64,000 nucleotides of DNA from NCBI GenBank assembly GCA_012862495.1, contig BLSG01000419.1, forward strand, positions 74,121 through 138,120. Direction: 5' to 3'. This DNA comes from Thraustochytrium aureum. Taxonomy: Eukaryota. Below are positions 11,766-23,500 of the stretch, one piece after another (position 1 is the first letter of the stretch; the number at the start of each line of letters is the position of its first letter). The notes beneath the pieces are model-generated. The model saw only the letters and a program-made list of their open reading frames with translations. It was not told where the DNA came from and searched no databases. The position numbers and the translations under genes are program-made.

Positions 11766-12469
11766 TTGCGACACCGGCTGTTGGGTTGATCATCGTGATG
11801 GACGAGTGCTTGCTTGTGTCCCGAGGGAGGCAAGCGAGTGTCTGTTCTGGTTTCTTTCTGTGTTTCGTTGTTTCTTCAGCTTTGGACTGGGGAGCTCCAC
11901 TGAACTCACGACGGAATCGGTCGGCGCCGAGGTCGTGCACCAATCCCCTTTCTTTACGCTGCAACACCGTGTCAGACGGTGGCAGCGACGGCAAGGACCC
12001 GTAACCATTCAACGAGACGAGTTCCCGAAGCGCAAAACAAGGACAGATACCCATCGGAATTGAGGCCAACTGCACCGCGAGACCAGTACCAGCCCAAGCT
12101 CTCACTTGCGACAGAGCCAGCACCAGACCGCAGCAACACTCGGCAGCCGTCGCGCAGCTCGACCCACGCCGCCCCAGCTCCCGCTGACCTCGACGACCTT
12201 GACTGGGACGCCCTGCTCAGCCCGCTACCAGCGTACGCCGAAGACAGCGAGTTGAGGACATCCGAACCCGAAGGGCAGCACCGCTTCGTTGACAGTGACG
12301 CAGCCCTCGCTCGCAGGGCACACATCGAACCGGGCGCTCCAGGACCCTAGCAGGAACCGAAGCAGTACGGGGTAGCGCAACCGCAGAGAGCAGCCTCAGC
12401 CACAGCTCTCTTGCGTGCGAGACACAGCGCACGCTCCTTGCCCTCACCCAGGCCTTGTCCTGCACTATC

Positions 12470-13843
12470 ATGTGTAGCAGAAAAGTAAGGCCGAACGCTG
12501 GCGACGCCGTCGCCGCTGCTGCAGCCGCCGCCGCCGCAGACTCCGCGGCAGCCGCTGGCGCGCCAAAATCGGATCAGCAAGCCGAAGCGGCCGCCGCCGC
12601 AGCTGGGACTCCCGCGCGGCTCGAGATCACCTGCGAGCCCGAGGCCGTCACTTTCCGCGACGAAGGTGGACGGTTCAACTACCTCTTCGTCTTCTTCGTG
12701 CTTCGGTGCGGGCCGAGCGGGCTCCCGACCGCCCTGCGCGCCGAAAAGGACAAGCTCCAGATGGAGTGCACCTTGGANNNNNNNNNNNNNNNNNNNNNNN
12801 NNNNNNNNNNNNNNNNNNNNNNNNNNNNNNNNNNNNNNNNGGCAGCCCCGTCTTTGCCAAGCCGAGCAAGCCTTCGTTGCGCATGTTCGGCAACGCGGGA
12901 ACGGACAAGCCCAAGGAGTGCGCAGCGACATTTAGCTGCAAGGAGCTGCGCGGGTCCGTTCGCTACAAGATCCTCAAGCTCTCGCGCAACCACGACGGCA
13001 AGCGGTTCCGGGTCAAGCTCGCCCTCAAGGGCGTCGCCGAGTCTGTCGTGCTGCCGGCGCTTACCAGGCCAACGATGGTGCTATCGAAGCGCAAGTGGCT
13101 CAAGGCAGAGGAGCGCACCCCCGGAGAACCAGCAGCGGTTCGCCCTCGAGGAGCGCGCCGAGGAGGAAAACGCCCGCCTAGCGCGCGAGGCGCGCGGCAG
13201 CGCGGCCACCCTGGACGTGGGCACCGACTTGCGAAAGCTCCTCAAGATGCCGCGGCTTGAAGACAGCTATCCCGAGCACGCCAGGCTCGAGCCGCACACA
13301 GCGACCGCGTCGAGGGACTCCTCAGCTGGCGCCGACGACGACGAGGACGCCTCGCTTGACAGGGATAGTGACGACGAGAGCTACGCAGAGGCGCCCAGGC
13401 GAGCGCGCGGCAAACGGTGCCGCGCGCCGGAGGCCCCGCTCGTTCCCGCGAAACAGCCGCGCACTGCGGCGCCGCCACCAGCTGAGCCGCAGAGCGCGGC
13501 GATCTTCGGCACCGTGCTGAGCGAGCTAGGCAAACTGCAAGCGCAAATCGCGCAGTACAACCAGGCTGTGGAGACCTCGCGAGTCCGACTCGACATGGTC
13601 GAGTCGGAAAATGCTCAGCTCCGACAGCGCATCGAGCTCCTTGAAGACCGACTCGCCTCGCGCCAGATGAAGCGCAAAGGAATGGGCGCGCTGTTCAAGC
13701 TTGAGGCGCCGCTGGCCCTTCCACGGCAGCATTCTCTCGGCGTTGTCGGCGAAGACGACTCGGAGCCGATGCTTGACTTTGAGGAGACCATGTCGATTTT
13801 TGCGGTTCAGTCGACCGCGGGCTCGATCTGCGGCCCGGAGTGA
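12470..13843 (+). CDS. Putative CudA-like transcription factor with acidic region and coiled coil; 5' end uncertain, frameshift near 13120
   Basis: FRDEGGRFNYL followed by YKILKLSRNHDGKRFRVKL and LTRPTMVLSKRK recalls the CudA-type DNA-binding core. Coiled coil LGKLQAQIAQY...LRQRIELLEDRL. Confidence 0.5.
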   Translation: MCSRKVRPNAGDAVAAAAAAAAADSAAAAGAPKSDQQAEAAAAAAGTPARLEITCEPEAVTFRDEGGRFNYLFVFFVLRCGPSGLPTALRAEKDKLQMECTLXXXXXXXXXXXXXXXXXXXXXXAAPSLPSRASLRCACSATRERTSPRSAQRHLAARSCAGPFATRSSSSRATTTASGSGSSSPSRASPSLSCCRRLPGQRWCYRSASGSRQRSAPPENQQRFALEERAEEENARLAREARGSAATLDVGTDLRKLLKMPRLEDSYPEHARLEPHTATASRDSSAGADDDEDASLDRDSDDESYAEAPRRARGKRCRAPEAPLVPAKQPRTAAPPPAEPQSAAIFGTVLSELGKLQAQIAQYNQAVETSRVRLDMVESENAQLRQRIELLEDRLASRQMKRKGMGALFKLEAPLALPRQHSLGVVGEDDSEPMLDFEETMSIFAVQSTAGSICGPE

Positions 13844-14039
13844 GCTGCGTGCGAGCTGCGTGCCGCTAGATCGGTGCCATCTTGCACCGGCAAGGCTTGT
13901 GCTGCCGCTCGAGATATCCTGATGTAATGTATATTTTTTTAAATTATGCAGCCCCCACTGGCAGTCCAGTCCCATAGGAACCAGACTGCCAACCAAAAGT
14001 CTGGAGATGGCGAAGATGGCAAAGACCCTGACGGATAAT

Positions 14040-14460
14040 GGCCTTGCGAGGGTGAAATGAGACGTCCGTGACAAACTTGTTGGTCATAGACAACCCTCGC
14101 TCGCATCGAAATAGTTGCACCAAAAAAACCTCTTCGTGGAGCTCCATCCACCGGTGGCCTCGATCACGAAGGGCAGGAAGGTCTTGCCGGAAAGCGACAC
14201 GTTAGCTGCATGTTTGTTGTTGTTGTTTTCAGGTTCGCGAATCGCCGCGGCGCGGCCAACCTGCCCCCGCGCGAGTGAGGAAAGGAAAAGGCAGGAACGG
14301 ATCCTGCGCTCGAGGTCCATCGATCAGTATCCAATGCGAATGTTCCGGTTGGAGTCCGTCATGCCCGACACAGTCGCGAACTCCTCTTGGCACGGGGGGA
14401 GGATTGAATGAGAAGAGGTGCTGAGCACACCACGGCAGCGTGGAGGAGGTCTGGTTTCAG
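14040..14460 (-). mobile_element. Degenerate remnant of a non-LTR retrotransposon restriction-like endonuclease domain (CRE/R2-type)
   Basis: GRAAAIREPENNNNKHAANVSLSGKTFLPFVIEATGGWS fits the RLE C-terminal pattern AA..E..K..KY...F.Pf.vE..G.w. It is flanked by stops and no RT domain is visible. Confidence 0.5.
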
Positions 14461-15804
14461 CTACATGGTCTGTGTCTCTGCGTCCAGGCGGAAGACCGAG
14501 CCACCATGCCCCTCAGGATCGAGGGAAAACTAGGGTTGCAAATTCGCCGCGCCCAACAAATTCTCATCGCTGCAACCATTGGTCTAACGACACGGCGCGA
14601 CCTGTCTCCAAGCATGTTAAGATGGGCAATGGCATCATGCCATGTCAACGCGTGTGGGCCCCCGAGCGCGTCAGCTCGTGTAGGCAAACGCGAGGCGCCT
14701 TTCGCGCTTGTTTTTTCCCCGCTTCACCCAAATCGGACTCCTCTCGCGCGCCGTGCCGATCTCCGCGCAAGGCGGCAGCGCAGTGCAGTGTAGAATTCAA
14801 AGTTCACCAGACCCTGCAGCGCCTCCTTTCAGCGGCCGCCGCTGCCGGCGACGGTCGCCTTCCTGGCGCAACTCCAACATTTGAAAGGGTTGACTTGTCC
14901 GTTGCATCGCGCCCAGCGCTCAACGGACCTACCGGATAGCTAGAGCACTTGCCAGAGTCCACCTCTCCTCGGCTATTCCTCTTCCTTTATGTCGGTTACA
15001 CACGCGCGCTGTCTTGTATTACGCGTACATTATCTAGCTGTAATTCCCACGTACAGGACCACGCGGCGCGTTTTTCCCAACGATCAAATGCAGCGCGGAG
15101 CGAGAGTGCGGCGCCAAACTCCTCCCCGCCCTCGCAGACTGCCTCCGTGCGAGCTGCGCTTTTCAGGCGTGCGGCCCCAGAGGGAGGAGCNNNNNNNNNN
15201 NNNNNNNNNNNNNNNNNNNNNNNNNNNNNNNNNNNNNNNNNNNNNNNNNNNNNNNNNNNNNNNNNNNNNNNNNNNNNNNNNNNNNNNNNNNNNNNNNNNN
15301 NNNNNNNNNNNNNNNNNNNNNNNNNNNNNNNNNNNNNNNNNNNNNNNNNNNNNNNNNNNNNNNNNNNNNNNNNNCGAACCCCGCGGCCGCCGCCTCACGA
15401 GCTAGCGAGCGAGCGAGCGGCGTTTGACCGCCATTTCGGAGGCCGCCTTCCTCCCTGCCTCTCGAGCAAAGTCCGCTCGCAGACTGGGAAAGGGCGATTG
15501 TATCGTTGGCTTTGAAGCGCCGCAGACCCGACTGAACGAGCGAGCGCGGCACGGCACTTGGCAGACCTTGCATCGAGCGAGAGGCACGCGGCAGGCGGCG
15601 AGGCAGACGCGGCTGGCGCGGGGCGACCGGGCGGGGCGACGGCCGTAGAACGATCGAGCAGTGGCGAGTGCTCCAGGCGCGCAGCGCGCAGGAATCGAGG
15701 TGGACCAAACGGGAGGCGGACTGGTGTAGAAGCACTTGTGCGAGCCGTGCAGCGCTGTCGTTGGCGCGAGACACCGAGGCAAAGCACCACTCAGACCAAT
15801 CACC

Positions 15805-17042
15805 ATGGGTTGCTCGCAGTCGGCGATGTCGCCCGAGCAAAAGGCGGAGCGCGACAAGGCTCGCCAGATGGACCAGAAGCTCCAACAAGAAAAAGCCTAC
15901 GACGAGCAGCTCATCAAACTGCTGCTCCTGGGCGCCGGCGAGTCCGGCAAGTCGACCATCTTCAAGCAGATGCGCATTCTCTACGGCGAGGGCTTCGGGG
16001 ACGACGCGCGGCAACAGACTGGCCCTGTGATCATTTCCAACCTTATCGGCGGCACGCGCACCGTGCTTGAGAACTGCGAAAAGCTCGGCCACCCGATCAC
16101 CAACGAAGCCGCCGTCGCTGCTGCCAAGATCGTCAACGACCAGCAAGACGACACGCTTATGAACGATGAGGTCGCCAACGCAATCAAGCTGCTCTGGGGG
16201 GACGAGCAGTTTCAAGAAACGTACGGTCTGCGCGCCAAGTTCCAGCTCTTCGACTGCTACGGCGACTTCGCCAAGAGCATCTCAAAGTTCCCCGAGTGGG
16301 GTGGTCCTTCGTGGATTCCCAGCGTCAGCGACGTCATGCGCGCCCGCGTCCGCACCTCTGGTATCGTCGAGGAGAAGTACGTTATCGACGGTGTCAACTT
16401 TCGCATGTACGACGTCGGTGGCCAGCGCAACGAGCGCAAGAAGTGGATCCACTGCTTTGATGGCGTGACCGCCATCATCTTTGTGGGCGCTATCAGCGAG
16501 TACGACCAGGTTCTCTACGAAGACAAGACTCAGAACCGCCTCGTGGAGGCCATCGAGCTCTTTGAGGAGATTTGCAACTCCAAGTGGTTTGTGGACACAT
16601 CGATCATCCTCTTCCTCAACAAGAAGGACCTGTTCGAGGAGAAGTTTCTCACAAACAAGATCCCGCTCAACATCACTGGACTTCCGCTCTTCGAGACCTG
16701 GGAGCCGATTGATTGGCAGAGCACTTCGAGGGAGGAGGCGTGCGCCAAGGCGCACGCGTGGATTCTTCAGTACGTTTTGATTTGTGTTTTGCTGCCTGCC
16801 TTGCTACGGATTGCTTGCCGCTCCGTCGTGCCCGCTGCATCCACCTCACCAACTAACGATTGCCCTCCCCCCCTCCCTTTTTTTGCGACAGGCAATTCAT
16901 GAGCCAGCGCAAGAACCCGGACAAGGAGGTCTACAGCCACATCACCTGCGCTACTGACACCAAGAACGTCGAGACCGTCTTCAACGCTTGCAAGGACATT
17001 ATCCTGAAAGCCAACCTCAAGGGATCTGGCTTCATGGAGTAG
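15805..17042 (+). CDS. GPA1: Heterotrimeric G protein alpha subunit; exons 15805-16769 and 16892-17042
   Basis: MGC lipidation motif, [28 protein letters not shown] and TCATDT. Intron 16770-16891 (GTACGT...ACTAAC...pyrimidine tract...CAG) restores the frame. Confidence 0.96.
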
Positions 17043-17561
17043 ACGCGGGGCAAGCGTTGTTCTGGTCCGCGCTTGGAAACGAGCTCGTGCGGCGGCCTTC
17101 AGCCGCCTCGCCGTTTTCGCGCTTCTCGCGCGCTTCTCGTGCTTTTTGCTTGGGAGAGCGCCTTTCGGCGCGCCGAAATGCGCTCACTTGCTGCGCCGCC
17201 TCTAGTTGGTGCGCATCCGCGCGCGAAAAGCACAGTGCACGCCTTTAGCATTCTCATCGATTCCGATAAAAGTAACATTTGATAGACTCCGAGCCGAGCA
17301 TTCCTTGCCGTCCCGCTTGCCCATCGCTTCGTGGCGTGCCACACGACGCTCTGGGCCCGCGAGGGTGCAAAGGACGGGGGGACAGCGCCAGTACACCGGA
17401 CCTTCGTCTACGTATTGGTTGAAAAAAGCGAGTTGGGTCCTCCTTTAGTTTGCTCAACACAAGATCTACGGATCGACATTGACAAATCAACTTCACTGCC
17501 AGAGGCTTTGTAGATCGCACAGACTCCCGCGGGAGGTTATCCGAATGTATGTCAGGCCACC

Positions 17562-17620
17562 GACCCGCCGCATCGACCCGCCGCATCGACCCGCCGCATC
17601 GACCCGCCTCATCGACCCAC
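17562..17620 (+). repeat. 13-bp tandem repeat, about 4 copies
   Basis: GACCCGCCGCATC repeated, with degenerate last copies. Confidence 0.85.
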
Positions 17621-17796
17621 CTCATCCACCTGCTTCATCGATCGCCTTGCAGAGTCGTACATTCTTGCTTTGTAATCCACCGAGCGACGGTCATTTCGAC
17701 ACCGCTCTCGCCCGTGTCCGTTGTCGATTCCCTGCAGTAGTTGTGGTCGTGCAATCGTTCGCCACCAAACACGGGCACAGGTGATCTCATCAGAAG

Positions 17797-18273
17797 CTAA
17801 AACATGTCTTCAAACTCGCTACGCGCCTGTCTGACCATTTCGCATTCCTCCTCCATCAGAGCGCAAAAGCTGACAAACGAGGTTGTCGCCATAACTATAC
17901 TCAGCTGCGCGTGCAAGTCCTCATTGCGACACAAAACCATAAACTCCTGAGGCGAGATGCCGGCGTCAGCGAGCGCCGCTTCCAAACGCTTCTCCATAAA
18001 GGCCTGAAAGTCCGTGAAGGCTTTCATCTTGTCGTGCGAGTGGCAGTCCTCGTCGTCTCCGCAAGCGCCGAGGACGGCACCAGTTTTGCTTTCTTCCTTG
18101 GTCTCGACTTTGCTTTCAGCCTCATGATGCAGGAGCTTGCTGCATTTATGGCCCTTGCGAGTTGAGAAGAGTTCTGCGAGCTCGTCGCTGCCGCCGTCCA
18201 CGAACGTTTGCACGCAACGTCCAAGGTCGATAAGCGTCAGCAGGTCGTCAAGAACAAGTGCGTTTCTGTCCAT
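17797..18273 (-). CDS. ARL2-binding BART-domain protein (BART/CFAP36-like)
   Basis: VQTFVD...F, HSHDKMKAFTDFQAFMEKRLEAAL...GISPQEF, IVMATTSFVSFCALM. Confidence 0.72.
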   Translation of the reverse strand: MDRNALVLDDLLTLIDLGRCVQTFVDGGSDELAELFSTRKGHKCSKLLHHEAESKVETKEESKTGAVLGACGDDEDCHSHDKMKAFTDFQAFMEKRLEAALADAGISPQEFMVLCRNEDLHAQLSIVMATTSFVSFCALMEEECEMVRQARSEFEDMF

Positions 18274-18568
18274 TGTTGTGTGCCTTGCTTGTCTCGTTCG
18301 GTCAGCCCGAGCCGGGACTCGGAGCACAGCGCCGCAGGCAGCCCGCGCTCTCTAGATCTTGAACGAGACCTCCGCGCGCTGCCAGCCCGTTCTGCCGGCC
18401 CACAGCGCTCGCAGTCGCAGGACTGACGGACGGCGTCTCTGAGGCCGTTTCGCCGCACTGCTGGGTTGCACTTTGCAGCTCGATTTGTCCGCGAGCGCGT
18501 CGAGTCCGCGAGAGTGTCGCAACTCCTCGTTCCCCGCACGCACGCTGCTCATTGATGCAACCACAGAC

Positions 18569-18669
18569 CAGCCAACGGGCCAGCCAACGGGCCAGGCCGC
18601 AAGTGCTTGCCGACGGGCCGGGCCGCAGGTGCTTGCCAACGGGCCAGGGCGCAGGGCTTGCCAACGGGC
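18569..18669 (+). repeat. GCCAACGGGC-based degenerate tandem repeat running into a gap
   Basis: Repeated gccaacgggcc and gcttgcc(a/g)acgggcc units. Confidence 0.75.
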
Positions 18670-18782
18670 NNNNNNNNNNNNNNNNNNNNNNNNNNNNNNN
18701 NNNNNNNNNNNNNNNNNNNNNNNNNTGCGAGGCCAAGTCTTAGCTGTCGGCACGCAACGAGCCTGTGTAGAACGGCGGCGCA

Positions 18783-19661
18783 ATGGAAGCGCCCGCCGAG
18801 CTCTCCTGGGCGAGGCTTGCCCAGCCATGGGGGCCGCACAAGACGCGCTTCTTCGGGACTTTCCCCTACGACGCGCTTCTGTGCTTTGTGATTCTTGAGC
18901 GCCATCTAGACACGGTCGCGAAGGCGTTCTTGCTCGCAACGCGCGTCGTCCTGTACGTGACAATACGAGCCTGGGCCTTGGCGGCGCCAACCTTAATCGA
19001 ACGCTCGGCAGTGTCGTGGCTCAGCGCCTCGCAAACGCGCGTGATACAGGCAATCGGCACCGTTGTGCCACTTGTTGCTCTCTACAGCATCCCGATTAGG
19101 GCAGCGGAAGCCGAGCTGCGTGAGGCCTGGGGCTCTGACGCAACCTGGCTCCAGGCTCTGTTTCGAATTCAAGCCGTGAAGGCGGCTACAGAAACCGCCG
19201 CTCTTTTCGCGGCGCTGGACAGGCCAAGCCGCTCCGGGCACAGGTTGGTTCTGACCCTAGCCGAAGGTTCTGCCGAGTTGACTCTGCTCTGTTTGGAGAT
19301 AGGTCAAATTCTTGCGTTGTGGAACCTCTGGCGTGGGGGCGTCTTCTTCGCGACTCTATTCCTCGGTCTGGACGCGCTTGAAGTCTGGCGGGCGCTTCGT
19401 CACGACCATGTGCGCTTTGGAGCTTATTTCGCAAAGTGCTGTAAACTCGCCGCGCTTTGCACAGCCCAGCCCAGCGAACCCGGCTCCCAGAGTGTTGGTT
19501 GCAACGGAGTTGGCTGGGGTTGCCCGATATGCTTGGAGCCGTTCGGGCCGGGGCCCACCGCGCGGCTTCCATGTGGGCACGACTTTCACCGCGTGTGCGT
19601 GCTCCTCTGGCTGGATCGCGATCCCACGCTCCGCTGCCCACTCTGCCGAGCAGCGTTGTAA
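18783..19661 (+). CDS. Membrane-associated RING-H2 E3 ubiquitin ligase-like protein
   Basis: C-terminal CPICLE...LPCGHDFHRVCVLLWL...CPLCR (C3H2C3), with hydrophobic segments upstream. Confidence 0.82.
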   Translation: MEAPAELSWARLAQPWGPHKTRFFGTFPYDALLCFVILERHLDTVAKAFLLATRVVLYVTIRAWALAAPTLIERSAVSWLSASQTRVIQAIGTVVPLVALYSIPIRAAEAELREAWGSDATWLQALFRIQAVKAATETAALFAALDRPSRSGHRLVLTLAEGSAELTLLCLEIGQILALWNLWRGGVFFATLFLGLDALEVWRALRHDHVRFGAYFAKCCKLAALCTAQPSEPGSQSVGCNGVGWGCPICLEPFGPGPTARLPCGHDFHRVCVLLWLDRDPTLRCPLCRAAL

Positions 19662-20549
19662 CTACACTACCCTACTAGCTCTAGAGCTGCTCAAGCGAAT
19701 GCACATACCAGTGAATGCGCGCTCTGCGTGACATCCATAATCGCGAGTTTGTGTGCTGCGATCCCCGGAGGCGAAAGGAGCGCGTCGTTTCTCATGGCCG
19801 ACGACATGCTCCTCCCCATCTACGTCGGCGTGCAGAGTGATGATACAAGCACGTTCATGAATGCAGTGCGGCCTTTGACGTCTCCTTTTTCGTCACTCTG
19901 CGGAAAAGAAAAAAACCGGCAAACTGCTTGACGCCGACGTCTATAGCTAGGTACAAGCGCTGACATCGGTCGCTGCCAAGCAGAGCTTACTTTTCGAACG
20001 CTTGGCGCCGCTGGGGCCCGTTGCGGCGCCGCTTGCAACGAGGCCGGAGCACCACCTCGACGCCGGTTTCCCGTTTCGCGCCTGCGAGCGTCGGTCGATG
20101 TTGTCCAACATTCGCCGCGACAAGAAAATCAGGTCGAATCATGTTGTGCCGATTGCCCTGGCTCACGCACAAGAGTACGCCGTGTGCACATGCCCCATCT
20201 TCAACCCACTTTCCCATGCAGCATGCAGCGAGGGACTCACCATCGTTGGAGAGGAACGGAGGTTGGGCTGCCAGCGAGCGCGCCCGTGGTCCAACAGAGC
20301 CGCAACCGCAGCCGCACGGCCGGCGCCGGCCTTCTCTCCGAGCGCGCAGGCCCTCCCTCCTGCCTTCCTGGCAGCCGCGAGCGTGCGGAAACCGCGGCTC
20401 GAGCAGCAGGGGCAGCAAGCAAAGCCGCGCCCCGCAGGTGCTGCTGGCTGGACCAGTATCCCACCCTCTGGCTGCCGCGAGAGCCGGCCTGCGCAAGCCA
20501 CTCCCTCTTCGACTCTTGCGCCTAGCCCGCTCAGGCTCGGACCGCTCCG

Positions 20550-23500
20550 ATGGGCGACCGCGCTGAAGGCGGCGGTGCGATGCACAACGGCACGGATAGC
20601 GTCGTTCTCGAGGAGGAGATCGACCCGGACTACGAGCCGACCGAAACGGAAGTGATCGAATACGCCAAGTGGCTTGGCATGGACCTGGACGGCGATCAAG
20701 ACCTGATATGGATCGCTCGGGAGGGATTGAAGGCGCCACTACCAGAGAACTGGAAACCCTGCAAAACGCTGGACACGGGGGAGATCTACTACTTCAACTT
20801 CACCAACGGGGAAAGCACGTGGGACCACCCCTGCGACGCTTACTACCGAAACCTCTACGAAGAAGAAAAAAAGCGGCTCAACCTGCGCAAGCAACCCCTC
20901 GTTTCCAAAGACGGGGGCAGCCGCCATAAGCAAGAGCTGGACGACGTCCGCGACATCGTCAAGCAGCAGAAAAACGGGGCCATCAACGAAGAGGTGAAAA
21001 AGAAAGTTTCGAAGCACAATCGCCAGTTGGGTGACCCGACAACACATTTCACAGACCCGAGGGCCGGCGGCCCCCAACACTTATCGAGCCGTTCCAGTAG
21101 TGTCGCGAATGTTAAATGGGCGATCCCCGCTGCCAGACATCCGAACCACTGGCGGTGGCGGCAAAGGCCGCAGCGACGGGGCGGCTTCTGGGTTTCAAGA
21201 GCAGGTGGAGAGCCCCGGCAGCGCGCGAGGCGGTTCTCGCCGCGCTACAAACAAGTCTGCCAACTTCCCCAATGAAGGAGGGCCCCGTGCACGACGACGA
21301 TGGCCCCCGGCGGCAAGGCCGGCCTTTCACAAAGATGAAGGTCAACAAAAGCAAGGGCGGCAATTTCACAATGGTAAAGGCCAAAAGAAGCAAGGGCGGC
21401 CCTTTCACAAAGATGACGGCCTGCAAGACCAAGGGCGAGAGCAACCTGCCAACGAGGCCTCAGACGGAATGACGGATGACGGTTCGCAAGACTCGGCCCG
21501 CTACGGCCACACTCCACGCAGCCAGCGCAGCGGCGAGCCAAAGACGAGCCAAGCGGAGACGCGCTCGCAGCGGCGAGACCGGCGATCGCGAAACCGCGAC
21601 AGCGTCGCCTCTGTCTCACCTCCAGCACAACGAGCGCGGAACGAGGGAGCCTTCAACGATGGCTCTGACAGCGAGGATGAAGAGGTTGTGCCAGTCTCCG
21701 AAGCGAATCTGTTCGAGTCCCGCTTTGAGCCCGATTCTGGCAGCACAGGCAACCCCTACAGAACGCAGGAGCGCGAAGAGGCCGCGCTAGATGCCAAGCT
21801 CAACCGAAAGATGCATGAGCTAAAGCGACGCGGCGAGATGCGGGTCCGAAAGTGCGTGGCCAGCATTGAGGACGAGATCAAGGAGTTGAAGGCGCAACAC
21901 GAAGCGCACATGAAAGACCTGTACGACAGCCACGAGGAGGAGATCCGCGGCATGCAGGAGGATTTTGAGCTGCAGAAGCGCGAGCAAATTGACCTCAACG
22001 ACAAAGAAATCGACGAGCTGCGCAAGGAACTGGATGACGAGTTTCGCAATCTGCGCGAAGAGCACGACGAACAACTCGAGGCTGAAAAGCGCCACCTCCG
22101 CGAGGACATCGAAAGCCAGCTCCAAGCTCTCCGCAGTGAGGGCGAGACCCGCCTGCGCGAGTCGCGCGAGGACGTTGAGCAAGCCGAGGCCGAGCATCGC
22201 GAGTCTGAAGCTGAGCTGGAAGCGCTGAAGCGGGAGGTTGGCGCCAGGCATGCGGAGCTGGAGATGCGTCGGGCAGAGATCGAAAAGGAAAGGCGTGCAC
22301 TTGACTCGAGCCTGGAAAATGCCACTCTCGAAGCTGAGTCAAAGCTAGCCGAGCTGCAGCGCCAGCAGCAAGCCACGGAGCGTGAAATAGCTCTCGCTCG
22401 TGACCAGAAAAAGGAGGCTATGCTTGAGGCAGAGCGATCCCGCGAGCATCTCAACCGCGACAAACAGCGCCTGGATGAAGAGTATGCCGAGCTCCAGGAG
22501 AGGCGCGCCCGTCTCGAACGCGAGCAGGCAGATGTCCTTGAAGGTCGCTCCGCCGAGTTTGGCGACGTTGATGAGGCTGTCAAGCGAAAGCGCGACGAGC
22601 TCGAGGACATCCAACGCGAGATTCAGCGCCTCAAGCGCAAGCAAAGCGAAATGCGCGACGAGCATGAGGCTGAGCGTACAGAGCTGGAGGAAGACCTGGA
22701 CGAGGTCCGCCGTCGCGTTCGGGAAGAGCAAGCGCAGCTCAAGATTGACCTGGGCCGCGAGCGGGAGAGCGTTGACCAAGCTCTTTCCGAAAGACGCCAA
22801 GCCAACGAGCGTGAGCTGCAGCGCCAGGAGGAAGAACTGCGCACGCAGATGCGCCTCGTCGAAGAGACCAAAGCGAAGGCAAAGTCCTGGGAGCTCCGTC
22901 GTCAGAAGCTCGAGAGCGAGNNNNNNNNNNNNNNNNNNNNNNNNNNNNNNNNNNNNNNNNNNNNNNNNNNNNNNNNNNNNNNNNNNNNNNNNNNNNNNNN
23001 NNNNNNNNNNNNNNNNNNNNNNNNNNNNNNNNNNNNNNNNNNNNNNNNNNNNNNNNNNNNNNNNNNNNNNNNNNNNNNNNNNNNNNNNNNNNNNNNNNNN
23101 NNNNNNNNNNNNNNNNNNNNNNNNNNNNNNNNNNNNNNNNNNNNNNNNNNNNNNNNNNNNNNNNNNNNNNNNNNNNNNNNNNNNNNNNNNNNNNNNNNNG
23201 AGACCGACCAGCTGCGGTCTGTTTCGCTCAGTACGGCGGACGACCACGCCCTCGAAATTCGCAAAATCCGAGACGAAGAGCGCATGCACGCCGAGGCCGA
23301 GGTCGAAGAGCGGCTCTCTCAAGCGCGCGAGGCGACGCCCGTCTTGAAGAGGAGCGCAACCAATTGCGGGCCAAGTCCGCCAAGCTGGAGAAAGAGCTGC
23401 GCGCCGGCCAGGTAAGCGAGGGCGCAGCGGCAGCGACACTGTCCTCCATGACTGAGCGCGTTCGGCTTGCCGAGAGGCGTACTGCCGAGGTGGAAAGCGA

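Noticed and set aside
11626..12063. ORF with poly-Met (poly-His on the opposite strand)
   Set aside because: It is a translation of a (GAT)n microsatellite with no other coding signal.
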